Shown here: in pieces, positions 30,775 through 40,129 of the stretch
Layout: every line of letters starts with the position of its first letter
Position numbering within the stretch: the stretch's first letter is position 1
NCBI GenBank assembly: GCA_902800255.1
Contig: CADCDV010000002.1
Location: 1-46,938 of the forward strand
Source of the DNA: an uncultured Erysipelotrichaceae bacterium
GTDB taxonomy: Bacteria; Bacillota_I; Bacilli_A; RFN20; CAG-826
Length of the DNA stretch: 46,938 bases
Direction of reading: 5' to 3'
Made by a program: the position numbers and the translations under genes
Notes under the pieces: generated by a model
The model's input: only the letters and a program-made list of their open reading frames with translations
Databases searched by the model: none
Told to the model about the DNA's origin: nothing

Positions 30775-31800
30775 TTACCTTTGTTCTTTGTTCCTTGGTC
30801 TCATCTCTAATGACGTCGCCATTCGCTTTCTTTGAAACGGATCTGGTAAAGTAATCCTCGTCGTAAGTGAAATAATTTCCCCGGTTGGATAATCAGTTAT
30901 GTCTGAAGCGTAATACTCAAAATCATCTTTAACCACACAGCCAAAAGAACCACTTTTAGGGGAATGGTATTCATAGGTAGTATGGCGCTCCATTTCATCG
31001 TCGTGGTCAGAGGAGTACCACGATGAGCTAAAACGGAAGTTATCAAAAACGGACTTATCGATCTTGTCAAATCCTGTATAACCGTGAAAGTACGTCCAGG
31101 CATTAAGATGAAGGGCGAATTTCTCAGAAAAGTCCTCGCCTTGTGAATTCGCTACTTTGCAATAATAGGATTCATAAGTCCCTTTGTCTTCGCGTCCTTC
31201 GTAATAGCTTTGATCGCTATGAACTTCGTAATAGAAACCGTCTTTAATATAGAACAAGAATTCATGAATGATGTGTCTAATTAAGACGTCTTCATCAAAG
31301 TATTCTGTTTTAGCGGTCTCTACGTTTTTTCTGTAAGCCCACTTATTATCGGCATCTAGTTGTTCGATGAAGTGCTTTTCTTCAAAAATGTCTTTCACAG
31401 AATAATTCGAATTTGAATAGTTCTTTTTGACGTGGTCTTCCCTTCTTTCGCTAACAATGCTCGTCTTTTTATGAAGAGATTGTTCTTCTGGAAATAATAA
31501 CAAGTCATTATTAACCAAATCTTCTGCCTCCGCTTTAGTGATTGTAGGAGTGCTTAAACTAAACGAAACATCTTCTGAAAACAAACCAACGGTAGTGGAA
31601 GATGGTCCGATCGGATGATACGTATTGTTTGTGAAGGAAGAAGACTCGCTCGATTCGGAAGGCAAACTGTCGTCTGAGCCCGAAACCATGGGTGAATCGT
31701 CTGAGCTCGAAACTATGGGTGAAGAAATGGCGGCCGCTTCTTGGCAGCCAGCCAGGAGACAAGTTGTCAGTAATAGTCCAATGCTAAAATGCTTCTTCAT
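30775..31800 (-). CDS. Lipoprotein, hypothetical
   Basis: The ATG at 31800 gives MKKHFSIGLLLTTCLLAGC, a signal peptide with an LAGC lipobox, followed by a Ser/Asp-rich linker. No family recognised. The gene is visibly more A+T-rich than its neighbours. Confidence 0.7.
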   Translation of the reverse strand: MKKHFSIGLLLTTCLLAGCQEAAAISSPIVSSSDDSPMVSGSDDSLPSESSESSSFTNNTYHPIGPSSTTVGLFSEDVSFSLSTPTITKAEAEDLVNNDLLLFPEEQSLHKKTSIVSERREDHVKKNYSNSNYSVKDIFEEKHFIEQLDADNKWAYRKNVETAKTEYFDEDVLIRHIIHEFLFYIKDGFYYEVHSDQSYYEGREDKGTYESYYCKVANSQGEDFSEKFALHLNAWTYFHGYTGFDKIDKSVFDNFRFSSSWYSSDHDDEMERHTTYEYHSPKSGSFGCVVKDDFEYYASDITDYPTGEIISLTTRITLPDPFQRKRMATSLEMRPRNKEQR

Positions 31801-31916
31801 ACTTCGTTTACTATATAATAACAAGCGAAAATGGTAAGACAATACCGATATCTTTACAATAGAGTTAATAATGTGAACCTGTTAGGTTAAAATATGTAAA
31901 AGAAAAGGTATTTTCG

Positions 31917-32948
31917 ATGTCGCTCAAAGCAGATAAAAAACATTATTACAAAACAATCGACAAGACTTGTCTCACTGCAAACACCATCTACCTTGTTTTG
32001 CATATTTTCTATCTTGTCTTGTTCATCATTTCAGGGCTTACGGTCTTATCGATCGTCACTGGCGCAATCATCGCCTTCTACGTTTTCTCTTATTGGCTCA
32101 TCAAGATTAAGAAGTATTACTTGTACGCCCTCATCTGCGGCAACGTCTTCTTTGGTTTCATTACCGTCACCTCTTTGATGGCGGGATTCTCCACAGGTTT
32201 CCATTTTTATCTCATCGGCCTTTGCATCGTCTCTTTCTTCACTTCCTATTTCTCGAAGAGCAAAGACATCAAAGGCTCAATAGTCTGGGTCGGTCTTTCT
32301 TTGGCCATCTACCTGACCCTCTATTTGGTCTCGCAGTTCAATGAGCCGTACTACAGGATCGAAAAATGGCTTGAGATCACTTTATTCACCACGAATGCGG
32401 TGGTTCTCTTTGGCTTCATTGCTTCTTACATGGTCGTCTTCTTGAAATACGCTTTATCGCTTGAGAAGAAGATCATGAACGAATCAAGAACCGATGAGCT
32501 CACCCAGATTAAGAACCGTTATGGCTTATATGACTACTTCGAGATGATGGAGGACAAGAGCAACAAAGTCCTCGCCCTCTTCGACATCGACGATTTCAAA
32601 GCCGTCAACGACCGTTATGGCCATGCTGGTGGAGACTATGTCCTCAAACGCATCGCCGAAATCGCAACCAAAGAATTAAGCGATTGCTTCGTCTGCCGTT
32701 ATGGCGGAGAGGAATTCGTCATCGTCTTTGAAGAAAACGATGAGGTCACAGTCGTTGAAAGGCTTGAGGCTTTAAGGAAAAAGATCGAAAACGAAAAGTT
32801 TGGATTCGAAGGCGATGATATCCACATCACCATCACCATCGGTGCGACTAAAAACCTCGGCGATCTTTCGCTTGAGAGATGGGTTGAAGAAGCCGACGAG
32901 AAAATGTATTCCGGCAAGAAGAGCGGGAAGAACAAGACTGTCATTTAA
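31917..32948 (+). CDS. Membrane-bound diguanylate cyclase (GGDEF domain, GGEEF active site)
   Basis: 343 aa with about 5-6 N-terminal TM helices, then DELTQIKNR...FDIDDFKAVND.YGH..GD..L...RYGGEEF. I see no RxxD I-site 5 residues upstream of GGEEF. Confidence 0.85.
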   Translation: MSLKADKKHYYKTIDKTCLTANTIYLVLHIFYLVLFIISGLTVLSIVTGAIIAFYVFSYWLIKIKKYYLYALICGNVFFGFITVTSLMAGFSTGFHFYLIGLCIVSFFTSYFSKSKDIKGSIVWVGLSLAIYLTLYLVSQFNEPYYRIEKWLEITLFTTNAVVLFGFIASYMVVFLKYALSLEKKIMNESRTDELTQIKNRYGLYDYFEMMEDKSNKVLALFDIDDFKAVNDRYGHAGGDYVLKRIAEIATKELSDCFVCRYGGEEFVIVFEENDEVTVVERLEALRKKIENEKFGFEGDDIHITITIGATKNLGDLSLERWVEEADEKMYSGKKSGKNKTVI

Positions 32949-32953
32949 TTGGT

Positions 32954-32979
32954 AGGAAGCCAATCGCGGCTTCCTTTTT
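32954..32979 (+). terminator. Rho-independent terminator after the GGDEF gene
   Basis: AGGAAGCC / GGCTTCCT stem, 6-nt loop, TTTT. Confidence 0.8.
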
Positions 32980-33071
32980 GTTTAGTTTCAACACGCGCTT
33001 ATGCGCGAATTGTTGTTTTTGGAAGAGTAATTTGGTATAACGCTTTCATAGATTAAATAAAGGGGCTCTTT

Positions 33072-34703
33072 ATGAAAAATATCTCAATCAAATGCGCGAT
33101 TCTTTTGAGCGCATTGTCTCTTGTGGCTTTAGCGGGATGCGGTGGAACAGGACCAGAAGCAAGCACTGAAGTCTCAATCGTTGACCCAAGCGGTTTTAAG
33201 AACGTTAACGACAAAGAACCTTTTGAACTTCATAGCGATCTTCAGAAGGCCTTCCTCGAATATGATGGCTCGTTCGCCACATGCCCAGCTGACTTATATC
33301 CTGATGGAACGGCTAACCTCTCAGACTCTAATCCAATCACCTTGACCTGGAATTACGAGCTCCCAGAAGGCAAGGAAGTCTCTTCCTATAGCGTCATCTT
33401 TGGCCAGAAAGCGGACTTAAGCGACGGTTACCGCGTTCTTGGAAACACCGAAGAATCGATCACCTTCTCTAATCCATTCCTTGGCACGAACTATTACAAA
33501 CTCATTGCGACCTATGCGGATGGGTCGACCGATGAATCCTTGATCCACACTTTTGAGGTCAATAGCAAATACCCAAGGAACCTCACCATCTCTGGCATGA
33601 CCAACTGCCGTGATATGGGTGGAAGAGTCACTGAAGACGGAACCAAGATCAAACAAGGCATGGTCTATCGTACGAGTGGCAAAAACCAAAACGGCTCTCT
33701 TACCGATGCGACCACCGAAGAGATGATTAACCACCTTGGCGTTAAGAATGAGATCAACCTCGCAGACAGCGATTCCTATAACCTTGCGCTTGAAGGCACC
33801 AACGTGTTCTCTAGCTGCAAGATGGACACTTCGAGCACTGGTGGCTTCCATCACTTCTCAAGAAACACCGAAGCCGTTAAGAATTTCTTCACCATCCTTT
33901 CCGATGAAGACAATTTCCCTCTCTTCTACCATTGCAAAATCGGCACTGACAGAACTGGTTTATGCTCCGTCTTGTTAAGCGGTCTCCTTGGTGTCTCTCT
34001 TGATGAGGTCTATCAGGACTATCTCTTCTCCAACTTCGGAAAGATCGGTGAGAAGAGAGGCATCGGCACCGGCGATTCCCACGACATGCTCAAATACGTC
34101 AATGACTTGTTGACCTTCTCTGGCGCCTCCTTCAAGAACAAGGTCTATAACGTTCTTCTCTCAATCGGCTTATCAAGAGAAACCTTGGATAAGGTCATCT
34201 CTAACCTCACCGAAGGCCCAGCCCCAAAAGGAAACGATGCCAATCAGGTCATCGCAAGAGCGGATGTCTTAGAAGGAACGAACGTTGAAGCGACCACCGA
34301 CACAAGCGACAGAAAGCATCCAGACACTTATTACGTCCTTGATAGCGCGGACAAATCCGTCAGATATTCCTTCGATGTCTCTAGCGCCTTCAACGGTCAG
34401 GTTGTCGCTTATCTTGGCAACCCATCCGATTCCACATCCAAGAAGATTGCTGACGCTATCTCCTGTGAGATCGATGGCTCTGACATTGAAATGAATGACC
34501 TCACTTATAAAGAGGCCAGAATGGGCAAATGCACCGTCAGTGGTTCTTCACGCACGAACTACTTCCCAGTCATCCTTGGCACCGCTGAACTTGGTGCAGG
34601 AAACCACACCATCACGATCACCGGAACCAGTGAAGCGATGAATATCGGAGGCATTTATATCTTCGATAACGCTACCGCAGGCGGATCAAACGGCATCGAA
34701 TAA
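33072..34703 (+). CDS. Lipoprotein with a central tyrosine-phosphatase-like (CX5R) domain and flanking beta-rich domains
   Basis: 543 aa. Signal peptide with lipobox LAGC; FN3/Ig-like N-terminal region; NCRDMGG...VYRTS and HCKIGTDRTG (P-loop C-X5-R) as in Y_phosphatase3-type proteins; C-terminal CBM-like domain. Confidence 0.7.
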   Translation: MKNISIKCAILLSALSLVALAGCGGTGPEASTEVSIVDPSGFKNVNDKEPFELHSDLQKAFLEYDGSFATCPADLYPDGTANLSDSNPITLTWNYELPEGKEVSSYSVIFGQKADLSDGYRVLGNTEESITFSNPFLGTNYYKLIATYADGSTDESLIHTFEVNSKYPRNLTISGMTNCRDMGGRVTEDGTKIKQGMVYRTSGKNQNGSLTDATTEEMINHLGVKNEINLADSDSYNLALEGTNVFSSCKMDTSSTGGFHHFSRNTEAVKNFFTILSDEDNFPLFYHCKIGTDRTGLCSVLLSGLLGVSLDEVYQDYLFSNFGKIGEKRGIGTGDSHDMLKYVNDLLTFSGASFKNKVYNVLLSIGLSRETLDKVISNLTEGPAPKGNDANQVIARADVLEGTNVEATTDTSDRKHPDTYYVLDSADKSVRYSFDVSSAFNGQVVAYLGNPSDSTSKKIADAISCEIDGSDIEMNDLTYKEARMGKCTVSGSSRTNYFPVILGTAELGAGNHTITITGTSEAMNIGGIYIFDNATAGGSNGIE

Positions 34704-34720
34704 AAAGCCACAAAATCAAA

Positions 34721-34743
34721 AACCACCAGTAATGGTGGTTTTT
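34721..34743. terminator. Bidirectional terminator between convergent genes
   Basis: AACCACCA / TGGTGGTT stem, GTAA loop, flanked by an A-run and a T-run. Confidence 0.8.
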
Positions 34744-34758
34744 CTTTTTGCTCTTTTT

Positions 34759-37227
34759 CTATTCTCTACTTCTTGTGTTGTCGGCGATGTTCCATCTCCT
34801 GATGCTAATCATCGCGAGCAAGTGACAGGCGATGACGACAAGAAGGACAAAGCCCATGGCCATAAAGATGGTTGGCCAAGAGAAGACGAATGGATATGTC
34901 TGAGAAGAAGAGGAAGCAAGTGATAGCAAGATGTAGATGGCAAGCCCTCCCACAGGAACGGCAAAGAGGGAAGATATCAAAAGCTGAGACACGCTTTGAA
35001 GCGTCCAGATATTCGAGATGTCGAAGATGGAAAGGCCTATGGCTCTAAAGATGGTGAGTTGCCTTCGTTGTTCGAGCAAAGCGTTCTGAGACATGATGCA
35101 AAGGATGACGAAGGCCATGCCAATTGAGAAGGCGATCATGATGTAGATCATCGAATCGATAGCATCGAAAATCCCGTGCAAATCCTTCGAGAGTGAATCA
35201 GTAAAGACGGTCAGGCATTGGTTACGGCTTTTGCTAAGAAACCTCAGCAAATCCCCATTATTTTTGACGTTCATGATGAAACTAGAGACATAATCGACGC
35301 CAAAGAGATTCATCTGGGTCTTTGAGAGATAGGTGATAGGGTGGAAGTATTGGAATGAGATCTCGGATACTTTAACCGGAACGTTGTTGATGCTGATTGA
35401 GTCGCCTTTCTTGACGTTTAGGATGTCAGCGGTGGCCTTTGGAAGAATGACGCCTTCTTCACTCACGTTCAAAGTGCCAAGGCCATTTGAGGTTGGGATA
35501 TTGATAAGAGGATTGAACCCAGAATCAATCGCAAGGCATTCGACATAAACATCATCCCTGTTTGGGGTGTCGATCTTGAGATAGGTGTAATAGCATTCCT
35601 CAAACTCGTCTTCGCTCTTAGCCAGCTGCTTTAGGTCATTAATGAAAGACTGATCGTCTTCTCTTTGGGTGAGATAGATCTGGCAATCGTAATTGAGCCT
35701 TCTCTCAACGGATTGCTCAATCATCTCGTTTTTGGAAACGTTGAAGAGAGAAGAAAGAATAATCAAGACGAGGGAGGCGAATATTGAGAAAGCCGAAACG
35801 AAGAACCTTCTTGGATTCTGGCATAAGGAATTGACGCCGAGTTTGATGGTCATAGGCGACTTGTCTATCAGTTTCTGAACTGCTTTTGGAAGTGGTTTCC
35901 TTCTTGCCTCGTTTGAGATGGTCGCGTCCTTAGGGGTGATTTTGAAGATGGCTCTTGTAGCAAGGAAAGTGGTGGCAAGGATGAAGAGCATGAGCCCGAC
36001 TATCGCGCCTATCGTCACGAAAGCGTTTAGCCCAGGAGTGATTGTCGGGATGCAGTATGTGTTCTTCATTAGCGATGACATGAGGATCGACAAGAGATAA
36101 CCAGCTCCGCTTCCGGCTATCGAAGCCACGATACCCATGACTGTGGTGAACAAAAGGAACAGCCTGACGATTTCATTGTTACCGATACCAATCGACATCA
36201 AGACGCCTATCTGTGGAGTCATCGTCTTGATGATCTGGTTGATGAAAAGGCCAACGACGATCATCGTGACGCTATAGAAGAAGACAGGGAGGAAGACGGA
36301 GGCAATCGATAGCTGCTCCAAAGCATGGTCCATATAAGCGATATGAAGGAGATGGTTCCTCACGACTGTGGCAGTTACTTCAACCCCATTATCTTTGTAG
36401 AGCTTCGTGGCTTTCTCCGTGACCTCGTCAGTTCCTTTTCCTTCAGCGTTCTTGATGAGAACCTGGTTGGCGAACTTGTTCATGAAATAGTCGTCATTTC
36501 TGACTTCAATGAGGTCTGGGATGGTGATTCCGGTTACGGCAGAGGCCCTTTCGTAATACTCTTTGAACTCAGGGTCGGTCGCGACTCTTTCAAGAACCAT
36601 AATCGCAAGCTTCCTTAAGCCTTTTCCAAGTTCGGCTTCGCTCGCATAGATGTACCCGAAGTCATGGTTGTCCGACCAGATGTAGTTGTTGGCCCTTGGG
36701 TATATCCCTTCTGGGGTATCAACGATTTCGGAGATATAGAAATCCGCGTACATCTCAAAGAAGCCAAGCTTGATCGTTTGGCCTGGTTCGAAGCCGTTAT
36801 TTCTTGCGAACTTCTCCGCGACGGAGATGTTCACCATGTCCTTTTTGGCGGGCACGCTTTTGATCGGGCAGCGTTTGAAGATGACGTTTGATTCCTCGTT
36901 ATAGGAGAAAACCCTTGAGACGATTGTTCTGTCTGAGCCTTCTTTGTAGAGATAACAATCGACGACCGTTCTCGCATCAGCTTTCTCAACCTCATCGAGA
37001 TCAGTTACGGATAAAAGAGTGTCTCTTGGCGTGAAATCGGTGCTGATGATCTCATCGACGTCCTGGTATTCGCTTACGAAGTCTTGGTAATTCTTTTGGA
37101 CATCAACGATGCATGAACCAAAACAGCATAGCAAGCCTACTGCCAGCATGCTGACGAAAACCATGGAGATGAATAAGCCGAAGAACCTTTTAAAGAAAGG
37201 TTTGAACATCGCTTTGATCATTACCAC
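34759..37227 (-). CDS. ABC transporter permease with two FtsX-type domains (MacB/BceB-like)
   Basis: 822 aa. TM1, a large extracytoplasmic domain and a 3-TM FtsX module, then the same pattern repeated. Directly follows its ATPase gene. The start could instead be the ATG at 37221 (TAATG overlap). Confidence 0.8.
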   Translation of the reverse strand: MVMIKAMFKPFFKRFFGLFISMVFVSMLAVGLLCCFGSCIVDVQKNYQDFVSEYQDVDEIISTDFTPRDTLLSVTDLDEVEKADARTVVDCYLYKEGSDRTIVSRVFSYNEESNVIFKRCPIKSVPAKKDMVNISVAEKFARNNGFEPGQTIKLGFFEMYADFYISEIVDTPEGIYPRANNYIWSDNHDFGYIYASEAELGKGLRKLAIMVLERVATDPEFKEYYERASAVTGITIPDLIEVRNDDYFMNKFANQVLIKNAEGKGTDEVTEKATKLYKDNGVEVTATVVRNHLLHIAYMDHALEQLSIASVFLPVFFYSVTMIVVGLFINQIIKTMTPQIGVLMSIGIGNNEIVRLFLLFTTVMGIVASIAGSGAGYLLSILMSSLMKNTYCIPTITPGLNAFVTIGAIVGLMLFILATTFLATRAIFKITPKDATISNEARRKPLPKAVQKLIDKSPMTIKLGVNSLCQNPRRFFVSAFSIFASLVLIILSSLFNVSKNEMIEQSVERRLNYDCQIYLTQREDDQSFINDLKQLAKSEDEFEECYYTYLKIDTPNRDDVYVECLAIDSGFNPLINIPTSNGLGTLNVSEEGVILPKATADILNVKKGDSISINNVPVKVSEISFQYFHPITYLSKTQMNLFGVDYVSSFIMNVKNNGDLLRFLSKSRNQCLTVFTDSLSKDLHGIFDAIDSMIYIMIAFSIGMAFVILCIMSQNALLEQRRQLTIFRAIGLSIFDISNIWTLQSVSQLLISSLFAVPVGGLAIYILLSLASSSSQTYPFVFSWPTIFMAMGFVLLVVIACHLLAMISIRRWNIADNTRSRE

Positions 37228-37928
37228 TCAACCTCTTCTGCTTTGACGACGTGCTCGTTGATCTCGTCTTTGATGACTTTGCCGTTTTTCATCGTGACGA
37301 TGCGGTTGGCCATCTGGGCGATCTCACGCGTATGGGTGACAAGGACAACCGTTTTCCCTTCGTTATGGATTTCTTCAAGGAGCTTAAGGACCGCCTTACC
37401 TGAAGCGTCATCCAAAGCGCCTGTTGGTTCATCGCAAAGAAGGATGTTTGATTCTTTGTTGAGGGCCCTTGCGATGGCGACGCGTTGTTGCTGGCCGCCT
37501 GAGAGCTGCCTTGGGAATTTGTCTTTCTTATCAAGGAGGCCAACCCTATCAAGGAGCTTAAGGGCTTTTTCTTTGTTACGGCTTCCTGGCGCCAAGGTAA
37601 CGTTTTGGTAGACGGTGATGTCGTTGATCAGGTTGAAGAATTGATAGATAAAACCGATCTCGTTTCTTCTATAAAGAGTCAGGCCTTTGTCTTTTAGCTT
37701 AACGATATCTCTGCCATTGACGATGATTTCGCCTGAATCGACTTTATCAATTGCCCCAAGCATATTGAGGAAGGTGGACTTTCCGCATCCAGAACCTCCA
37801 AGAATCACCAAAAAGTCGTGTTCATAGACTTTGAGCGAGACGTCGTTTAAAGCGTACATTAAACCTTCGCCCTCACCATAGGTTTTCACCAGGTTTCTGG
37901 CTTCAATAAGCACTTTCTTTTCTTCCAT
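37221..37928 (-). CDS. ABC transporter ATP-binding protein (MacB/LolD/BceA type)
   Basis: Walker A GGSGCGKST, signature LSGGQQQRVAIARAL, Walker B LLCDEPTGALD, H-loop VTH. I preferred the ATG at 37928 because AAGGAAG lies 9 nt upstream; the track starts at GTG 37961. Confidence 0.88.
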   Translation of the reverse strand: MEEKKVLIEARNLVKTYGEGEGLMYALNDVSLKVYEHDFLVILGGSGCGKSTFLNMLGAIDKVDSGEIIVNGRDIVKLKDKGLTLYRRNEIGFIYQFFNLINDITVYQNVTLAPGSRNKEKALKLLDRVGLLDKKDKFPRQLSGGQQQRVAIARALNKESNILLCDEPTGALDDASGKAVLKLLEEIHNEGKTVVLVTHTREIAQMANRIVTMKNGKVIKDEINEHVVKAEEVEW

Positions 37929-38030
37929 ATGCAAAAACTTCCTTAATTGGTGCGTCGCCACGCCACGAAATTTCTTCTTTTAAGATATTTTATACAAATT
38001 TTGGCCCGATGTGGGGATTTTGCTCGAAAG

Positions 38031-38054
38031 AAAAGACCGCCGAAGCGGCTTTTC
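38031..38054. terminator. Hairpin terminator between the PAP2 pair and the ABC genes
   Basis: AAAAG(A)CCGC / GCGGCTTTT stem with a CGAA loop. Confidence 0.55.
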
Positions 38055-38078
38055 GTTCGTGATGATTAGGCAAATCTT

Positions 38079-38330
38079 TTACTTAGGAACAGAGTTAACG
38101 ATTATCAACACCACATAAAAGGTGATCATTATGGAGCTGATGACGGACTCTGCAAGCCATTGCCCTCTAGGAACGACGCCTGCTTTTCTTTTGGACAAAT
38201 ACAAAGGCAAAGCAATAGCTAATCCAATTGGAGGCAAGACAAAAGAGAGAACCATGTTTAAGAACCACAGAAAACCATATTTCCAGATGAGGAAAATTGC
38301 AAAAATGTTCGGTGGCTGCGGTGTTGTCAT
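38079..38330 (-). CDS. Small (83 aa) two/three-pass membrane protein, hypothetical
   Basis: ATGA overlap with the upstream PAP2 gene. Hydrophobic throughout. Confidence 0.55.
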   Translation of the reverse strand: MTTPQPPNIFAIFLIWKYGFLWFLNMVLSFVLPPIGLAIALPLYLSKRKAGVVPRGQWLAESVISSIMITFYVVLIIVNSVPK

Positions 38331-39220
38331 TCTTCTTTGAGCTGAAGCGCTTTGACCCTCATCACCACTTCGTTAGCAATGATCGTAAGGGTAAGCATGA
38401 TGAAGGCTCCCCAAGAGACATCGCTTAAGTAGTGGGCAGCTGCTAAGACGCGGGCAATAGCGACTAGTAACACAAGAGCGCCAGCGCAGATGAATGCAGG
38501 AAGCTGATATTTCTTGAGTTTCTCATTTGCGAGAGGGAAGAAAGTCACGACGACAAAGAGGATAGACACTTCAGCGGTATGTCCGCTTGGGTATGATTTG
38601 AAGTTGTCTTTGTCGATTCCATAAGCCTCCATAAGATCCTTGTAGTTTTTGCATGGCTCCCACCAATTATGGAAAGCGACATTCTCTTCGACTGAGATGA
38701 GCCTGTAACGAGGCCTATGCATGATGTCTTTGAGTCCGGTGACTGCTCCTAATAAAGCCGCGGCAAGAATGACGGCGATAATGACAAAGACGATCCACAT
38801 GTTCTCGTTCTTGAAGTCTTTGAATAAGAAGTAGCCTCCAACCATCAAAGCAGCCTCAGGCAAGATGACGATGAAGTAGCCGACCCATTTCGGGGCAGCG
38901 CCATAGAAACCGTTGATGCCAAAGTATTCTCCTGCTGGGTAAATGACGGCCAAAGCCAAACAGCCTGCGGCCAAAATCCCAAACAAAACCTTAAGATATG
39001 TCTTGTAATTGCCTTTGACGATGAAGGCGATGAAACCGCCTCCCATTACGGCAACTCCACCGAAACCGATGGTCGGAAGGATGGCGGACGCAGTCAAAGC
39101 GAAGCCATTAGTAGGGGAAGCAATGGCTTGCGAAATGCTTAGGTCGAAAAAGGAACCAAGAATGATTCCGATGATTGCCGTGCCCCAGGCAACGAGCAAA
39201 GGGATTCTCATATTTTTCAT
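38327..39220 (-). CDS. PAP2-family membrane phosphatase
   Basis: 297 aa polytopic protein with the three acid-phosphatase motifs: K-x6-RP (KDIMHRPRY), PSGH (YPSGHT), and SR-x5-H-x3-D-like (ARVLAAAHYLSD). Confidence 0.8.
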   Translation of the reverse strand: MKNMRIPLLVAWGTAIIGIILGSFFDLSISQAIASPTNGFALTASAILPTIGFGGVAVMGGGFIAFIVKGNYKTYLKVLFGILAAGCLALAVIYPAGEYFGINGFYGAAPKWVGYFIVILPEAALMVGGYFLFKDFKNENMWIVFVIIAVILAAALLGAVTGLKDIMHRPRYRLISVEENVAFHNWWEPCKNYKDLMEAYGIDKDNFKSYPSGHTAEVSILFVVVTFFPLANEKLKKYQLPAFICAGALVLLVAIARVLAAAHYLSDVSWGAFIMLTLTIIANEVVMRVKALQLKEE

Positions 39221-39298
39221 AGCGGAATAATTATAACCCTATCGAATTGATGAAGGAATTGTTCCAAAAACCACTTTCATCAAATAAACTATTCCCAT

Positions 39299-40096
39299 AT
39301 GGATTTCTTTGGTTTTGGCGGCTACCAACGCGAGCCTGAAGGTTGGGGCTCTTGGCAACAGCTTTTGCTCGTCACCTCGTTTGTGGTGGCCATGGTCTTT
39401 TTCGCAGTCTTCTTTGGCATGAGATATCGCCACGAAGAGGAAGCGAAGAAGCTTTTTGTTCTTAAAGTCACAGCGATTGTATTGGACACAATTGAACTCA
39501 CAAGGATTGTCATTCTGTCCTTCCGCAGCGGAAATCCTATGCAATTCATGTATCATTTGCCTCTTTTCCTTTGCAGCTTCCAATTCATCACGGTGCCAAT
39601 CGCTGCCTTTGGCAAAGGAAGGATCCGCGAAGCTGCGGCCGATTTCGTTTTCCTCTTTGGCATCCTTGGCTCAATCGCTGGAACATATGGAGCAGGGCAG
39701 AACTATAGCGCTTACCCGGTTTGGAGTTTCGACAATGTCTTCTCAACCATCACCCATACGATGTCAGGCTTCGCTGGCTTGTTTGTTGTGATATCAGGAC
39801 TTCTCACTTTCAAAGCGAAGAACATCAAATGGGTCGTTGTAACTTTGTTCGCTTTCGCGGTTGTCGCTTATATCGTCAACATCAGCATCGACTACAATTA
39901 CATGTTCCTTATGAGGGGAGATGGCACACCATATGACATCTTCTATAACCTCGTGAATGGAAACCGCATTCTCTATCCGCTCACCGTAATGTTCCTCTTC
40001 GTTCTTTATATGGGCGCTGTTTATGGCGTTGCGTATGCGATCCCATCATTTAGGAAACAGGCTTTCGCCAAAGAAGTGGTCATGGAGGCAAATTGA
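39299..40096 (+). CDS. YwaF/TIGR02206-like (TMEM164-type) integral membrane protein
   Basis: 265 aa with about 7 TM helices. LPLFLCSF and YNYMFLMRGDGTP resemble the LPLHLCS and NYMFL motifs of B. subtilis YwaF as I recall it. Confidence 0.55.
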   Translation: MDFFGFGGYQREPEGWGSWQQLLLVTSFVVAMVFFAVFFGMRYRHEEEAKKLFVLKVTAIVLDTIELTRIVILSFRSGNPMQFMYHLPLFLCSFQFITVPIAAFGKGRIREAAADFVFLFGILGSIAGTYGAGQNYSAYPVWSFDNVFSTITHTMSGFAGLFVVISGLLTFKAKNIKWVVVTLFAFAVVAYIVNISIDYNYMFLMRGDGTPYDIFYNLVNGNRILYPLTVMFLFVLYMGAVYGVAYAIPSFRKQAFAKEVVMEAN

Positions 40097-40129
40097 CTTC
40101 GTCACTTAGATTTTCTATCATTTAGCAGT

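Noticed and set aside
30599-30835. 78-aa plus-strand ORF starting inside the tRNA-Ala 3' end
   Set aside because: It overlaps the tRNA, runs through a terminator hairpin and overlaps the 3' end of the convergent lipoprotein gene, so it is not plausible as a gene.
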